Below are positions 13,885 to 27,954 of a DNA stretch of 64,000 nt, one piece after another. The stretch's first letter is position 1. The number at the start of each line of letters is the position of its first letter. A program made the translations under genes and the position numbers. The stretch is from Epiperipatus broadwayi (taxonomy: Eukaryota; Animalia; Onychophora), in the NCBI GenBank assembly GCA_028023455.1, contig JAQFVV010000005.1, forward strand, positions 20,708,001-20,772,000, read 5' to 3'. The notes under the pieces are model-generated. The model was given only the letters and a program-made list of their open reading frames with translations. It had not been told where the DNA came from and ran no database searches.

Positions 13885-14300
13885 CTGAAACACAGGCTTA
13901 TTATATATCAGTGTCCATATATGTAATATATATAGGGTATATGAGCACAGACTTTCACACCACCCACCACTCTCCACTCTATCTCATAACACTGATACAC
14001 TTGAACACACATATGTCGAAAAGATAAATAATCACCAATATTCGTATTTCATGCTAAACCAGCAATCATCAGTTGGTCCAGATTACCATCTCTACACATA
14101 TATGCTATAAGTGCTCAGATATATATTAAGATAGCCAATCTTCATACTTTAATGGACAGGCTTCAATCTACTCCTCACTCCAACTCTTCAGCTGTCCATC
14201 CAATTGAAAATCTGATGATGGAACGCTCAAAGGCCACCCTGAGGCCGAGATTCTTGTCACACCCATGTTGACCTAAGGTCAATCTGACCCCTCATGTACA
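13885..14300 (-). repeat. Family B repeat with a hammerhead on the minus strand (14030-14085)
   Basis: Minus strand: UAAUC-UGG-ACCAA-CUGAUGA-U UGCU GGUUU AGCA U-GAAAUACGAAUA^-UUGGU-GAUUA. Confidence 0.82.
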
Positions 14301-15095
14301 GGACATAATCCATTTAATACATATACAAGGAATATTGTGTAAAATGGATAGAAGAATGTATTGACATTATATCAGTAACTATGGAGTTCTAGATAATTCT
14401 TTTTTAAAATAAAATAATGGATTTTCTAAAATCAAATACAGCAAGTTCTATATGATCCTGTTAATAAAACCAATATGAATGAGGCAGGAATTTTATTTTC
14501 AAAGATATTATTTAGCTTTATTATAACAGCAGCACAAATCCGATGACATTCAGGTGCAATCATGTTAGCATATCAGCAACATCTAATAATCATCAAAAAA
14601 TTTAATAATACTAGATGTAGTTGTTTCATCATTATTATATTTCTATGCAATAATAAAATGGATATCAATGATTTCTGGTGAAGATTACAATCTGTTAAAA
14701 AATAGGTATTATACCCATTTCATATGGCCTTTAGAGATTTTACCATTAAAGCAATTCATTGATATATTTACAACATATTAATTAATCACATGCTGTTGTA
14801 TGTAATTATAGTCTTATGCAGTCCTTTCTTGAGTTACCAATTATGACACTGGGATTTATATTCTTTGAAAATCTTTACTAGTATTCAAGCCATCCATTGA
14901 CAATCTAAGTCTGTTTACAGTTACATTTAACTTTTTTTTGGAATGACCTTAACATAATAACATATTTGACTGTCATACTTCTGAACTAAATTTAGAAGAA
15001 CTATTGTTCAGATTCTATTTGATACTTATTCCATGATTAGCTCAGCTAACTATCAAAAGCAGCTATTTTAGTAATATTCACTTAACTATCTAATA

Positions 15096-15690
15096 ACTGA
15101 AACACAGGCTTATTATATACCTGTGTCTATATATGTAATATAGGGTATATGAGCACAGACTTTCAGATGACCCAACACTCTCCACTCTATCTAATAACAC
15201 TGATACACTCAAGCATATATATGCAGAAAAGATAAATAATCACCAATATACGTATTTCATGCTAAACCAGCAATCATCAGTTGGTCCAGATTATCATCTC
15301 CCACACATATATACCATAAGTGCTCAGATTATGTTCTGTACATGTGGGGTTCAGATTGACCTTAAGTCAACATGGGGTGGCCTTCGAGCATTCCATCATC
15401 AGATTTTCAATTGGATGGACAGTTGAAGAGTTGGAGTGTGTATTAGATTGGAGCCTGTCCATTAAAGTATGAAGATTGTCTATCTTAATATATATCTGAG
15501 CACTTATGGTATATATGTGTGGGAGATGATAATCTGGACCAACTGATGATTGCTGGTTTAGCATGAAATACATATATTGGTGATTATTTATCTTTTCAGC
15601 ATATATGTGTTTGAGTGTATCAGTGTTATTAGATAGAGTGGAGAGTGTTGGGTCATCTGAAAGTCTGTGCTCATATACCCTATATTAACT
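15096..15690. repeat. Family B inverted pair with hammerheads at 15238-15293 (-) and 15529-15586 (+)
   Basis: 15118-15329 is the reverse complement of ~15495-15687. The minus copy has the perfect helix III palindrome ATACGTAT (15248-15255); the plus copy has CTGATGA at 15543-49 and GAAA at 15565-68. Confidence 0.88.
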
Positions 15691-18600
15691 ATCTAGTGTT
15701 TATTGATAAATGGTGATCTAGCTATTTTTACTACAGAGCATAACAGGATGAAAAACGATTTACATTCGTTATTCAAAAATTGACATCTCTAGTGAGGAAT
15801 ATCTTACTCATTGGTTTTTTATGACTGTTTTGACCTGAAAGGAATTATTGAATAGTTGATTAACATACCTATTATAAAATCTTCAATCTCCATAGTTATT
15901 AGTTTTGAATTTTCAGCTAGTAGCCTTACTATTGAACACTATTTTTAAAGATTTTTGTATTCGTAATTTTTGTCTATTAGCATTCCTACTTGCTAACTTG
16001 GCTATAGCAGCCCCCAGAATTTATCAATTAGGGTTCTGATATTTGAACTCCTTGAAATATTTTATTGGTAACTTAATTAATGTTATTCATTGATAATTTC
16101 ATACCATTAATAAAACTTTTCAGTTGGCCATTCGAGCCCATAATTATAGCTCTGAGATTGACCAAGGTTGGGAAATCCTTCTAATAACCTAGATATCTGA
16201 TCTGATTTCTAGTGTAAGTTAATAATTATGAGATTGAACACTTTTTTCCAGGTTACTGCAGCGTAAGGATTCTGAGATTTTTCTCCTATCAGAAATTTTT
16301 ATTCGCCACAAGTCATGCTGCTAAGTCAGCTGTCCATAATACTGTTAAATTAACGAAGTCTCTTATTTCTATTTAATTTTATTTCAAATTATTTAATAAC
16401 TTTTCTATTTAATTATCATTTCTAATTTTATAAATGTGAAAGAAAAATCTATTTTCGTTAATTATTTATAATATTAATTAGCTTCAACTTTTGACCGTAA
16501 ACGTTGTACAAATGTTCGGAAACGTGAGTTAGAAAATTGAACTGATAATTATAGTTGAAGAAATTAATAATAATATACCTTTTTTATTTTATTTTGTGAA
16601 ACAAAAATAGAATAATTGAATTTAATATTGATATGTCATAAATGACAGAGTTGTAATTAATTTACGTTTGCTATTTAAATTATATTCATAAGAGTGTATT
16701 TCAACAAAAATCTTTTTATAAAGGCATGCACACATACATATATATTAGATATAAATGCTTGAAAAAATAATAAGAATAAAAATAAATAATTGCTATTTAA
16801 ATCTAATAGTTCGTGTAATGCTATGACTGTACAAATAAAAATGAAAATACTAAAAATAATGTGCTATTTTAAAAAAAGTATTTAATATTTAACGTAGCCA
16901 GGAATGTATAAGCGAAAAATAAATTTGTTACAAATAAATACGGTGAAATATATTTACTTTTCATTCCTTTTAAAAGCAAATAATACGTAAGGACTTCATC
17001 ATACATCTATATATAAAAGTTTTCATTATAAATTTATTTTAAAAACTAATCATCTGAAGAGAGATTTGAATCCTAGATATATTTGTAAAATTCTTTTACA
17101 CGTTTAGTTTTAAAATAAGAAAAAAATTCGAGCATATTATATATGTAGGCAAACATTCCAATCTAAATAATGTGTTGTGTGTGTGTTTTTTAAAGCACGT
17201 TATTAAACATTTGCTGACTTCACTTGTGTCCTGAGATAACCTGGAAACAAACTTTCATCTCCGCTGAAATGAAAATCCTGACTAGAATTCTAATCAAACT
17301 GAAGTTAGAGAAATTGGTTTTAAAAAAAAAACGACAGAAAAAAAAAAGTATTGATATTGATTTCTATTTCTATAATATTTTATAATTTTGACTTAATTAT
17401 ATTGAGCATCGTGTTTAATACTTTATAAAATATAATTTATAAAAAAATATAAGCACAATATCGAATAATTTTCTGATCGGAAATTCTTAAGAAATTCGAG
17501 TTTCGGATAGTATCAGTTGAGCATTAATCCAAGGATGTTAAGCCCAGAGTCTGATATTCGACTATTACACCAAAACACACAGAACATATATTGCTAAATA
17601 CGCGTATATTAGAAAAATCTGATCAAACGCGTATTTTTATTGAAACAGAAAAAGACGTGAAAATGTTAAAGTTTAATTTAAGTATGTGCATGTTTTCGCC
17701 ATGGACATATAAAAGTACTATGAACTAATTAGGCGAAATTAATTTAAAGATCAGCAACTCTGATTAAATATCAAATAGTCCTATAGCAAATTTAATTAAA
17801 TGCCATTGGAAAATACGGCTTAGATTCCTGATAAGAATTACCTGAAAAAAGGAAAACTTTAATTAATTAAATATATAAGAATTTGTATTATATATTGATT
17901 AAACAAAAATGGAGGTTGGAATGTAATAACATTGGTTCTACGACGTGGTACCATGGAATTCCAACCAATTAGATTATTAAAATGAAAACTGAGAGCGGTG
18001 ATCTTCACCAGAAAGGAAAGAGAAAAGGATTAGTTGGTTGAAAGCCTTGAAGAGCAGACGTGTTTCTTCCTCTTGTATTTTACTGTCAGCCTTGCCAATC
18101 TGGCCTCTCCGAGAACTATTCTCCGGACTTTAATTAATATTGCGGAAACGCAGTACCAGATCTCAGAACCCATATAAATTAACAGCCTTCAACCCATTGT
18201 AAATATATATGTATAACTTCGTATGTTGAAGAGTGAAGAAAATTTCTAAATATAAATATTATGGAGTATTAATAATTTTAATTGCCGTGCTGCCTGTGAT
18301 GGAATTAATGTCACTTCTTTTAATTTGCAATCCAGCTGTGCTGTAACTTGGTCACCGCTGGACATAACACATATGAAGTGGTATACTAATACCATATGGA
18401 CAATTTCTCTCTTGACTCCAGTGAATGTTGGGCATAACAAATCCATTCAAATGGCTAAACTGAATTTTTTATGATCTTCAATTGATATCGAATAGGATCC
18501 TTTAATTCTTAGTCCAATAATTATATCACTTGGTTAAACTGCATTGTGCATTCATAATAGTATTCAACTTCTGATAATATTTTCCATAAAATAAAAAGCA

Positions 18601-18989
18601 AATGCTTATGTTAAATAATTAAGTGGTTTGTTGTTCAGGAATTCTCATGAAGTTTGAGCATTGGAAGTGAGACAATTTAGTTGTGACCCATGACCTTGAG
18701 CCCTAGGGTCGACCACTATAATTGCTCTAAATCTTGAAGGGCATCATATATTTTCAACATACATGTGAAAATGACATCACAATCATTATGTTAGTAGCAG
18801 TGAATTTATCCTTATACAAACATATGTATAAATACTTGTAGTTTTCTTTGGCAGTTTTGTGGAATTTTTACTAAATAAACCTTGCTTGTAAAATATATGC
18901 AGAAAAGAATAACTATATATAAGGCAAAAACAAACAATTATTTTATAAATAAAGTTAAAACATTTTAGAAAATCCATTGTGTACAACTG

Positions 18990-19428
18990 TGTAACTGACT
19001 GCCCCTCTCAGAGTGATGGAAGGAGCATGATCAAGTTTGCCAAATATTAGGAGATCAGTGTTTGAGTGTTTCGAAGCTGAAAATAGTTAGACACCCATTT
19101 ATCAAACAATATTGGGGCATTTAATGAAGTTGAAATATATATATATGATAATTAACTTTTAATATTTAGAATAAATGTAATTCATTGTCATGTGATACAA
19201 CAATTCAGAAAAGTCTCCACTTAGAACACATGTAATTCAAATAGGAACTTATTTGCATCATAGATTTAACATAAAGTGAGAATTTCTCAACAAAATTAAT
19301 AAATCTTATTGTTTATACTACAGACATGTGAACAATATTTTATGAGCATAAACTCACTTTTCAATAAAATTAAAACTACATCTATGGGGTTTCAGAACAC
19401 AACAACCAATTAAATCGGCTATGCGTAC
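18990..19428 (-). other. Candidate spliced host exons (unidentified gene)
   Basis: Pyrimidine-tract acceptors TTGTTTTCCTTCAG and CTAACTATTTTCAG, and a GTGAGT donor, bracket open frames (VRIADLIGCCVLKPHRCSFNFIE; SKHSNTDLLIFGKLDHAPSITLRGA). The phases do not join directly. Confidence 0.3.
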
Positions 19429-20669
19429 TGAAGGAAAACAATAGTTAAATATCAGAGTTTATGCTTCATCAAAAGACAATTACTTTTGATTAGTAATATG
19501 AATTATATCTGGACAGCTATATGTGTTGAGAAAGAAACTATAATAACTTTTCTCAATTCTCAACTGAAACAAAGACTCTTCCAATAGCAAGTCATCCATT
19601 ATAATTTAATACTTTTTAGCAGATTGTATAGATGGAGAAATATTTTACAATATCCAACTGCAAACTCATAACAACTTGAGTACCAATCAAAAGTGGCCAT
19701 ATTTTGATAAGATGATGCTTGGACATTGTACTATTGTCTTTTTTCAATCTATACAATTGGTGTAATTGGTTGATATACTTTGAAACACCATGGCTACAGA
19801 TTTTAATTTTATTAAAAAACAAAATTCCTACTTATAAAATATTTCTTTACATACATAATCCATTAAAAATATTAAATAGTAATATATGTAAATTAATAAT
19901 TTTTAACAGATGTTATTGTTGAAATATTTTAATATGTGAAAATAGCTCTTATATTTTCATATTAGGAAAATCATTGTCAAATGTTAATAGATAATAATCA
20001 ATGAAAATAGTAAACTGTATAGCCTTTTGCTTTCACAAGAACAACTCTTGGTCTTATATATTTAGAAGATATCTTTTGAATGCAAAAAGCATTTACAGTT
20101 TACTACTTTCATTGATTATCATGTATTAATATGTGACAGTGCTTTTTCTAATATGAAAATATAACAGATATTTCCACATATTAATATATATATATAAATC
20201 TACTTTAAATAATTTAATATCATGATAGAACTTTAAAAACAAATATACTAAACTGAATAAAATTAATATTCATCAGTTAGCAACTTCTAGATAATGGTTT
20301 TATGTGCATGAGAGTTAAGTTCTTTTCCTGGGGACAAATCCAGTAACATTTAAATAGTATTGGTGATAAGTTGACATAGCTTTTTATCCTTTCAAGATGA
20401 TACATAATTTAACAATGCAATTGAATGGAATCAAACCCAGATGGTAATTATTAATGATTATGATTTTAAGTTAGCAAATATAGTGCTAATTATCCCCAAA
20501 ATGAGATATCACAAATGTTTGACCAATAGGTTTATGTTCAATGACTATAAATTATGTGATTCTTGATACTTACAAATGAAATTTCACAGCAATTCTGTTT
20601 GTTTATTCCAAACAACTTTTTTGGAATATTTTTAATCTCAGAATTTCTTTCAAATACTTATACAGATTG

Positions 20670-21260
20670 AAATAATGGGTGAAATTTAACATAGAATTAA
20701 ACTTGGATGAAATACTTTTGGTGGAAATAATATTAAAATAAAATATGTCAATGTGTTTAAAAAATATTTTTTTAATACATATGTTTTGTTTTTACTTATA
20801 GATCTGAACTTGGATACCTAACAAAAAAGCATGTCAGGGATTTCAGGCCATTTAACAAAGTCTGAGGAGTAAATGCATATATGAGAAAACAAATATATAC
20901 CAATAACATCACTAAAATAATAAGAGTCTCACATGAAGCTGAGTGTGGCATATTGCTAAATGAAATAATAATAGATAGACAGTTGAAATCTTAAATAGAA
21001 TTCCAAGAAATTGTAAAGACCTTCAAAGAGATCACATGTGAGATTATGGATGAAATAAGAAAGTTTATTGCTGTGGTAAATTGCTAAAAAATGATAATAG
21101 TTAAAATCTTAAATAGGATTCTAAGAAATTATAAGACCTTGAAAGAGATCACATGTGAGATGTATAGATGAAATAAGGCTCTAAAGAAGAAAGACTATGG
21201 ATTGGAAAAACTGGATTAAACTGGCAGTAGATCAATAATGATTGAAAAAGATGATGGCAA
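20670..21260 (+). mobile_element. Old RTE 3' fragment with an internal duplication
   Basis: CATAGAATTAAACTTGGATG and GTTGAAATCTTAAATAGAATTCC...GAGATCACATGTGAGA match the RTE 3' region; the latter segment occurs twice. Confidence 0.7.
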
Positions 21261-21303
21261 TAATGTTATGTAAGGAATTCTTTTGGTCACATATAATCTT
21301 TAA

Positions 21304-22152
21304 CCCTTTAACTGTCCAATTGTTCATTCGCTGCTGGTGGTATCACTCAAAGCTTTTAATTAGCCGATGCACAAAATAATGTATCAATTTTTCAAAAGTT
21401 ATTGACCGTTTTTTTAAATATATTCACTTTAGTTTCGTTTTTAAAAAGTATATTAGTAATTTCTCACATTATAAAAATAAACGAAAGTTTGTTCAAAAAT
21501 AAATTTTGATTTTTAATTTTAAAAATATTTGTTACGGTTGACATGAAAAGAAACGGCAATCATAATTTCACGTTATGATTTTTTTTTCCCGACTTTGCAA
21601 TAAATAAATAATTCTTGCTAAAATCGTAACTATTTTTGTAAAATAATATTTATTTTTGACATATTATATGAAAATAATTTGTATTTTATTTGTATTTCAT
21701 CAAAAAATATTTTTAAAATGCTCTAAAACATTCGTTTATCATTTTCAAAATAAAACAAAAGCGTTCGTAAATTTTTAATTTTTGGCAGCCATATAAAAAT
21801 TTTAACAGCCAATAAGATTCAAGAAAAGATGATGAGAAGGCGGAGCTTTTCCATTTTCTTTTGTTTACAAAATTTCAACAGCCAATAAGATTCAAGAAAA
21901 GATGTAAAAAGGCAGTGCTTAGTTTTTGTTTGACATAAATCATCAATTAATTGATTTTTTACTTGTAAAATAATTCAATAGATGGCAGTATATTATAAAA
22001 CTTTTTGCGTTCTAAAAAATGACGTTAAAACCGTAAACGTAGTCCAAAAACTAAGCAATTTACAGCGATGTCAAATTTACTCGATTAAAAACGAATTTAC
22101 GAATATGTATCAAAAATTGCCTCGATTAAGAACGAGTCAAACAGTCAAAAGG
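21304..22152. mobile_element. Non-autonomous piggyBac-like element
   Basis: TTAA(21300-03)|CCCTTTAACTG ... CAGTCAAAAGG|TTAA(22153-56): an 11-bp TIR with 2 mismatches. The interior is CpG-rich relative to the flanks, with an internal direct repeat AACAGCCAATAAGATTCAAGAAAAGATG present twice. Confidence 0.6.
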
Positions 22153-22895
22153 TTAAAACTCATATTGCACCTCTCCTAATTGAAAACTGACTGAATGACC
22201 CAACAATAACTTCAATATATCCTAAAGACATACAGTTAATATATGTTAATTAATAAAAGTGCAGAGGTTAATGGTATCAATTAATTAGTATTGTTTGATA
22301 ATAAACGACTTTATTGGTCAAAAGTTCTGGAATCAATTTGAGGATCCACAATCCAATCACACAGGTCACTCATTTGGTGATAGCAAATTACAAAAAAGGG
22401 GGAGAAAAAGAAAAGTTAAAGAGAAGGTAATATAAAAGGGACTCTTATTTGGTTATTTAGATATTTAAACTTTCTTCAATAAAATATAACAGAAAAGATT
22501 AAATCAAATAATTAAGAATCTTACAGTTCTGTCTTTTATTAATATGTCATATAATATATAACTCTTAAGGTCTACTGATTTTAATAAATAAATATCAATA
22601 GTTAAATATGTATCACTGAAAATACATAACAATAATACTGACGAAATAATCTTCATATATGAGTTGTGTAAGAACCTTTCATCTTTTGCAAATCAGACTT
22701 CTAAAAATTATATTGATAAATTTGCAACAAACACCCTCTCGTCTCATGTTAATCCAATAATTAATGGGCTTATTTTTTCATTTGAGACTTATTTTTTCAT
22801 CTAATTAGTACATTACCACAAGAGTAAAAAAAAAAAAAAAAAAGTTTTTTTTTTAAATTGGGGAGAATTTGGCGTTGTTGTTAATTTATGTAAAT

Positions 22896-22939
<44 letters not shown>

Positions 22940-23769
22940 AAAAAATAATAATTATTATTTTTTTGTTTTTTTTGAAAGAATTGAAGAAGATTAAGAAAAA
23001 AAAAATATAAAGACAAAAAAGATAATTTTGGGAAAGGGGGAGGAAGAAAAATAGGAAAATTTAAGAGGGGGAAAAAAAAAAAAGGGGAAAGGGTTTTTTT
23101 TGGGCAAAATTGCTGAGATATTCTTGACTTCATTTAAGGAGAAGCCACAATACATCACATCACATGTAATTCTACAAAGACTGTGAAAGATTATCGTTTG
23201 TTAAATGTTGAAATTATTAAATATCTAAAAAATAGAAAAGTTATGTGCTCTAACTCACGTAACTGTAGACTTTAAAGCAACATAATAATAGTAAACAATT
23301 TTTAAATGTATTTTAACACACACGCACGTATACGGATGTGTTAATGTAAATATAATGCATTAATCTCTATGTATAAAACTTGAAAATATACATACATAGA
23401 CAGGTTTGTATATACCGTATATGAATTGTAAATAAAAAAAAATTAAAATACAAAACGTTACAATTTCTTTTTAATATTTTTTTATACTTTTTCAAATCGT
23501 GGATACAGCTGTGACAGTGTATTAGTGATATATAAATCAAGACAAAATCAACAACTATAAATTAATAAAGAAATGCATTAGACATCATCTCAACTTTATG
23601 TCTTTTTAAAATTAATTAACATCCAAAAAAAAAAATAGATATTAACATCACATGACCTTCAACTTAGTCACATGCTTCCAAAAGTAATTATCTTCACACT
23701 ACTCTAGAGACATCTATTATGAATTTGAATAACTAACGAACATTAAACAGAGTAATGCTACAAAATCAT

Positions 23770-24600
23770 GTGGGAGGGGAGGACTGTAGTGATTAGCCTC
23801 AGGAAAATGCAAAGACACCCCAAATTGAATGGCCTGGGGCTACATTTGCTGCAGATCTCTTGGCTCCAGCATGCTTTCAATCTTTTTTCCAGACTTAATA
23901 ACCTTATCCCTAAAAACTTTTATCCATTAGATATGCATCCCACAGACCCTCCACCTCCTAGTCCGAAGTGTTGGCTCTCTGATTTGTTATCTGAAATCAC
24001 AAAAATGAATTTAATCCCGGATCAAGCTAAATCTGCAAAAATTTGGAATTGGGAGGCATATAACCTCATTTATGAAACAATTGTGTCTATCAGTTCAACA
24101 CTCAACATAACCATCTTTAATTTCTTAAAAAAATTTAAATGATGGTGCCTGGAGCTGAAGTATTTCGATTTTTTGATAAAAATCTATTTTAATGTACTTC
24201 CCACAGATAGCTTTTTGACAAAAATAGAGGATATACATCTATTGATGACAAAGGTGCTTTGTGTAGAAAGTAGGAAGAGACTATAAAACACATTTTTGAC
24301 AGATGTGTTAAATTGGAAACCTGTAGACCCTTAATTTTTTCAATCTATAAAAAGAAAAACATATTGATGATGACATTGATTCAAAGCATCAAATCAGGCA
24401 ATTTTGCAGTTACAATCTTATTGTTTAGTGTTTGGTTGACATGATGTACACTCCTATTTGATTCTAGTTGCATGGATCCCCTAATAATATTGATCAGGAA
24501 AATCGAGACAATTGCAGAAAGAGATAATCATATAGTTTCTCAAATAATGTTCAGGAACACATGGGAATTGATAGACATTGAAAGAACCAGAATAAGCTAA
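23770..24600 (+). pseudogene. Decayed L1/Tx1-type LINE 3' fragment (zf-RVT-like)
   Basis: After ORF 23768-24142, broken frames read NVLPTDSFLTK... and ALCRK*EETIKHIFDRC, resembling the L1/Tx1 C-terminal LP...C.LC....ET..HIF..C motif. Confidence 0.5.
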
Positions 24601-25944
24601 CTTAAAAACATTTTTTTCTGATGTTGAATCATCCCTATATTAATACTATCAAAATAGTGGTTTCATATTGTTGACCTACGGCTGAATTTTCCCCAACAGA
24701 GATTCATATTTGATTTGACCTGTTAACATATATATCCTGATCTTTTATGAATCATTAATGCAGAGCATTCTCGCTCACACATATGTTACTTGTATCTCAT
24801 ATCTTTGAATCCATATAATTTTCTGGAAAAAAAACATTAAAACTACCATTTCTATTTGAAAAATTCTTAATAAATTTACATGAAAGACCAAATGTTTTTA
24901 AAACATTGAGGTGGCTATGAAATTTTATTTAACTAATTCCAAGGAGCTAATAGACATTTTAGTGTAAGTTTTATGAATCATAAAATGCTTTTAGTATAAT
25001 CCAAGTACACCTTCTTTTACATCAATTTTTTTAGATGTTGATTGCACTCTGATTTTGATAGAAAAATATCAGCTAGATTAGAAAATATAATTACATTTGT
25101 TTTTTAAAAATAAACATGTTCGACTGATCAGTTTCTGGTTTTGCTTTTGTCGGTGAAACTAGAATTGAATGCTGAAATTAATGCATTTGTTCATCTAGCT
25201 GCTACTTTTTATTCTGTTATGCTATTCAAACTTCTTACTTAATATTTAAAAAAAACGTTAAGGTTTCAAATCTAGGTTAACTCATAAATCTGATCCCATG
25301 CTAGTTTTTATATATTTTTAAGACATCAGTTCTATCATAGATTAATATCTTTTGTAATATTTCATGGCTACTCATGTGGTGTCTGCTAGATGCATAAATG
25401 CTTCAAAATGCATCAATTCCAATTTAGAATCCTGGTTTCACTGATTAAGACAAAAGTGAAAAACCAAGCAGACTAAAGAGGGTAATTTGACAACCCCACA
25501 CCACCACTCTCCATTGATTACCAAACTCAAAATGGTTCTATCATAGAGTGAAAATAACTGGTCTTAAAAATTAACAATCATAACATAACATACAATACTT
25601 TTGCTTTGTCCTATAGTTTTGAGGTAAGCAGCATAATTTTTCCCTTTATATTGTCTAATGATTACTTTTTTCTTTCATGTTCATACTCTTCTAAGAAGTC
25701 TTTTCAAGGTCTCTTTCTATTATTTTCTTGGTCCTCCATGGTGTATTAATTCTACTGTCAACTACTGAACTTAATTGTCTACACAGATTAAATCATCAGG
25801 AGGACCATAATACAATGGAAGAGTATAATGAAAGACTATCACAATACAATGGGAAAGTTTCATGATAAACATCACATGACCACCACTTCTGGCTTGTGTA
25901 TAATTGTTTTAAAATGGGCAAAATTCACTATACGTATTGCTACA

Positions 25945-26105
25945 CACATCCAAGGCTCCTCACTGATGAAGGCCACAAGCCAGAAACTAGACTGAGGATA
26001 TTGGATGAGTATGCACTAGATGGGGATTTTATGCACAAGCCTTCTGGCATCCATTGATTATTCTATCTTGCTGTGTGGCAATACGTATAGTGAGTTTTGC
26101 CTGTT
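25945..26105 (+). repeat. Family A repeat with hammerhead mutated at the cleavage triplet (GAC instead of GUC)
   Basis: CTCCTCA-CTGATGA(25963-69)-AGGCCACAAGCCA-GAAACTAGAC-TGAGGA. Confidence 0.85.
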
Positions 26106-27954
26106 TTAAAGTATCATGATAAAGTAGTAGTGTATTGTGATACAAAGGGGATACATTGCAATGTTATAGGAAAATATTGTGATGTAGTAATAGAAGCATC
26201 ATAATGTAATGGTAATGCATTATTTAGAAGGGTATCATAATTTAATAGAGTCCATTTTCTTTCCATGCAATTAGAATTTAGTCTGAACAAAATTTTAATT
26301 TTTTTCCAAGTTCCAAGACTTACAATTCTTCTACCAGATAGCCAGTCACATTAACATTACTAATCATTCAATAATGATTTAAATTAGAAAGTAAAGCAAA
26401 AAAGAAATCAAATACAAACTTTCAACTCCCAGTAATCAGAAAACCTGCTGAGTGCTGTCTTTTCATTAACTATTCTTCTACAGGAGTTGTTAGAGATCTT
26501 CACCTTGCAATTGGCTATTTGATGTTATTTTAATATTATCTATAACTTAAATCACTTCTTTTTATCTTTCATATATACCAGGAAGATAAATCTTGTGGTG
26601 CGATAATGAACTTTTTTTTCTGCCATGTTCAAACAATCGTTTGTGACAAATATTTTCATAAATTCCATCTGCCATTTTTAATTTTTACATTATAGCTAGC
26701 TATTTAAATTTTTAATTAAAACACTTAAATAGTGATTAAAGTTGGAAATCTGAATACAAATTGAAGTTGGAAACATTTTTCAGGTTGCTAAGAATTTTTA
26801 ATCAGGTCTAGAATTGTTTCAGATAATCAGATTATAATTAACTTAACTAGTCCTTCAATTCACAATTGGTTAATGGATTCTTAGCTGGTAGAGAGTAAAG
26901 TTCTACATCAATATTAGTAGTCAGATGAATGATGATAATAATTATAACATGATGAGGAATTCACCAACATATCAAAATATCAAAGAGATATCATATTCCT
27001 ACAGATATTAAGTTTCTCTTTTACGTTTTGTATATGATTTCCACAGGCAACAAATATAAAAACTATATCTATATTCATCAATGTGTAATTAACAATACTA
27101 TTGAACTGATGTTTTGCTGCATCAAACTTGCCATTAATCAAAGCAGTTGTTAATTTCATATCAGATTATTCATCTACTATTACGTCACCCTCTTTTCATA
27201 TTGAACAAATTTATATTTATATTACATAGACTTGTTCCACATGGCTCTACAATATTCTTTACAATTCAGCTTTGCAGTTTTAGTTTTATAAAGTCATTTG
27301 ATATTAACTACTGAACATATTTTTTCTCAATTTATCAATCCATAAAGGCATCCATTAACTACTATTATCAAGTGACTTCATTACGTATATTTATATATTA
27401 AAATACATATTAAAATAAATATTATTTACATATATTGCTGCAAGTTATAACATCTAAAAACTACTGCGTAGTAAATCGAAAGATTTCATGCTGTATGTTT
27501 ATAATTAGAACTCAGTGATTTGAGTGTGAAGATATTTACGATTCACGCTTTCAGATTTAAGTACTTTGGACTGGCTTGAATATATAGAAAGACAAGTAAA
27601 GAAGAGAGTGGAACCACTCTTTTCTTGTTAAATTCTCTGTCTCAGTATTTGTGATCTGATTGGCTAAGCGCTTGAGAGGTTTGCACTCTCTCAGTTTAAT
27701 TTCAATACCGTTTGCACTTTGTAAAATAAATATTATTAAAATACATATATAAGTTACAACAATTAAATCAAGTTAAAACACACTAATTTTTAAATTTAAA
27801 AACATGTTTATGATAGAGTACCTAAAAACCCACAATTTATTTTATGGAAAATATTGTATTTATTTGTACATTTTAAAACTTCCATATATTTAAAAAACTC
27901 TCTATTGAAACAATACATTTATCTAAACATTTTTTCCATTGCTGAAATTTTTTA

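Noticed and set aside
14140-14245. Extra CTGAAGA/CTGATGA heptamers in family B (minus ~14185; plus 14214)
   Set aside because: No convincing helix II + GAAA + NUH arrangement; only a simple ATGGACAG/CTGTCCAT hairpin.
22810-23100. Poly-A/poly-G-rich block and 106-aa ORF
   Set aside because: Homopolymer-dominated; most likely low-quality read or consensus noise, not a biological repeat or gene.
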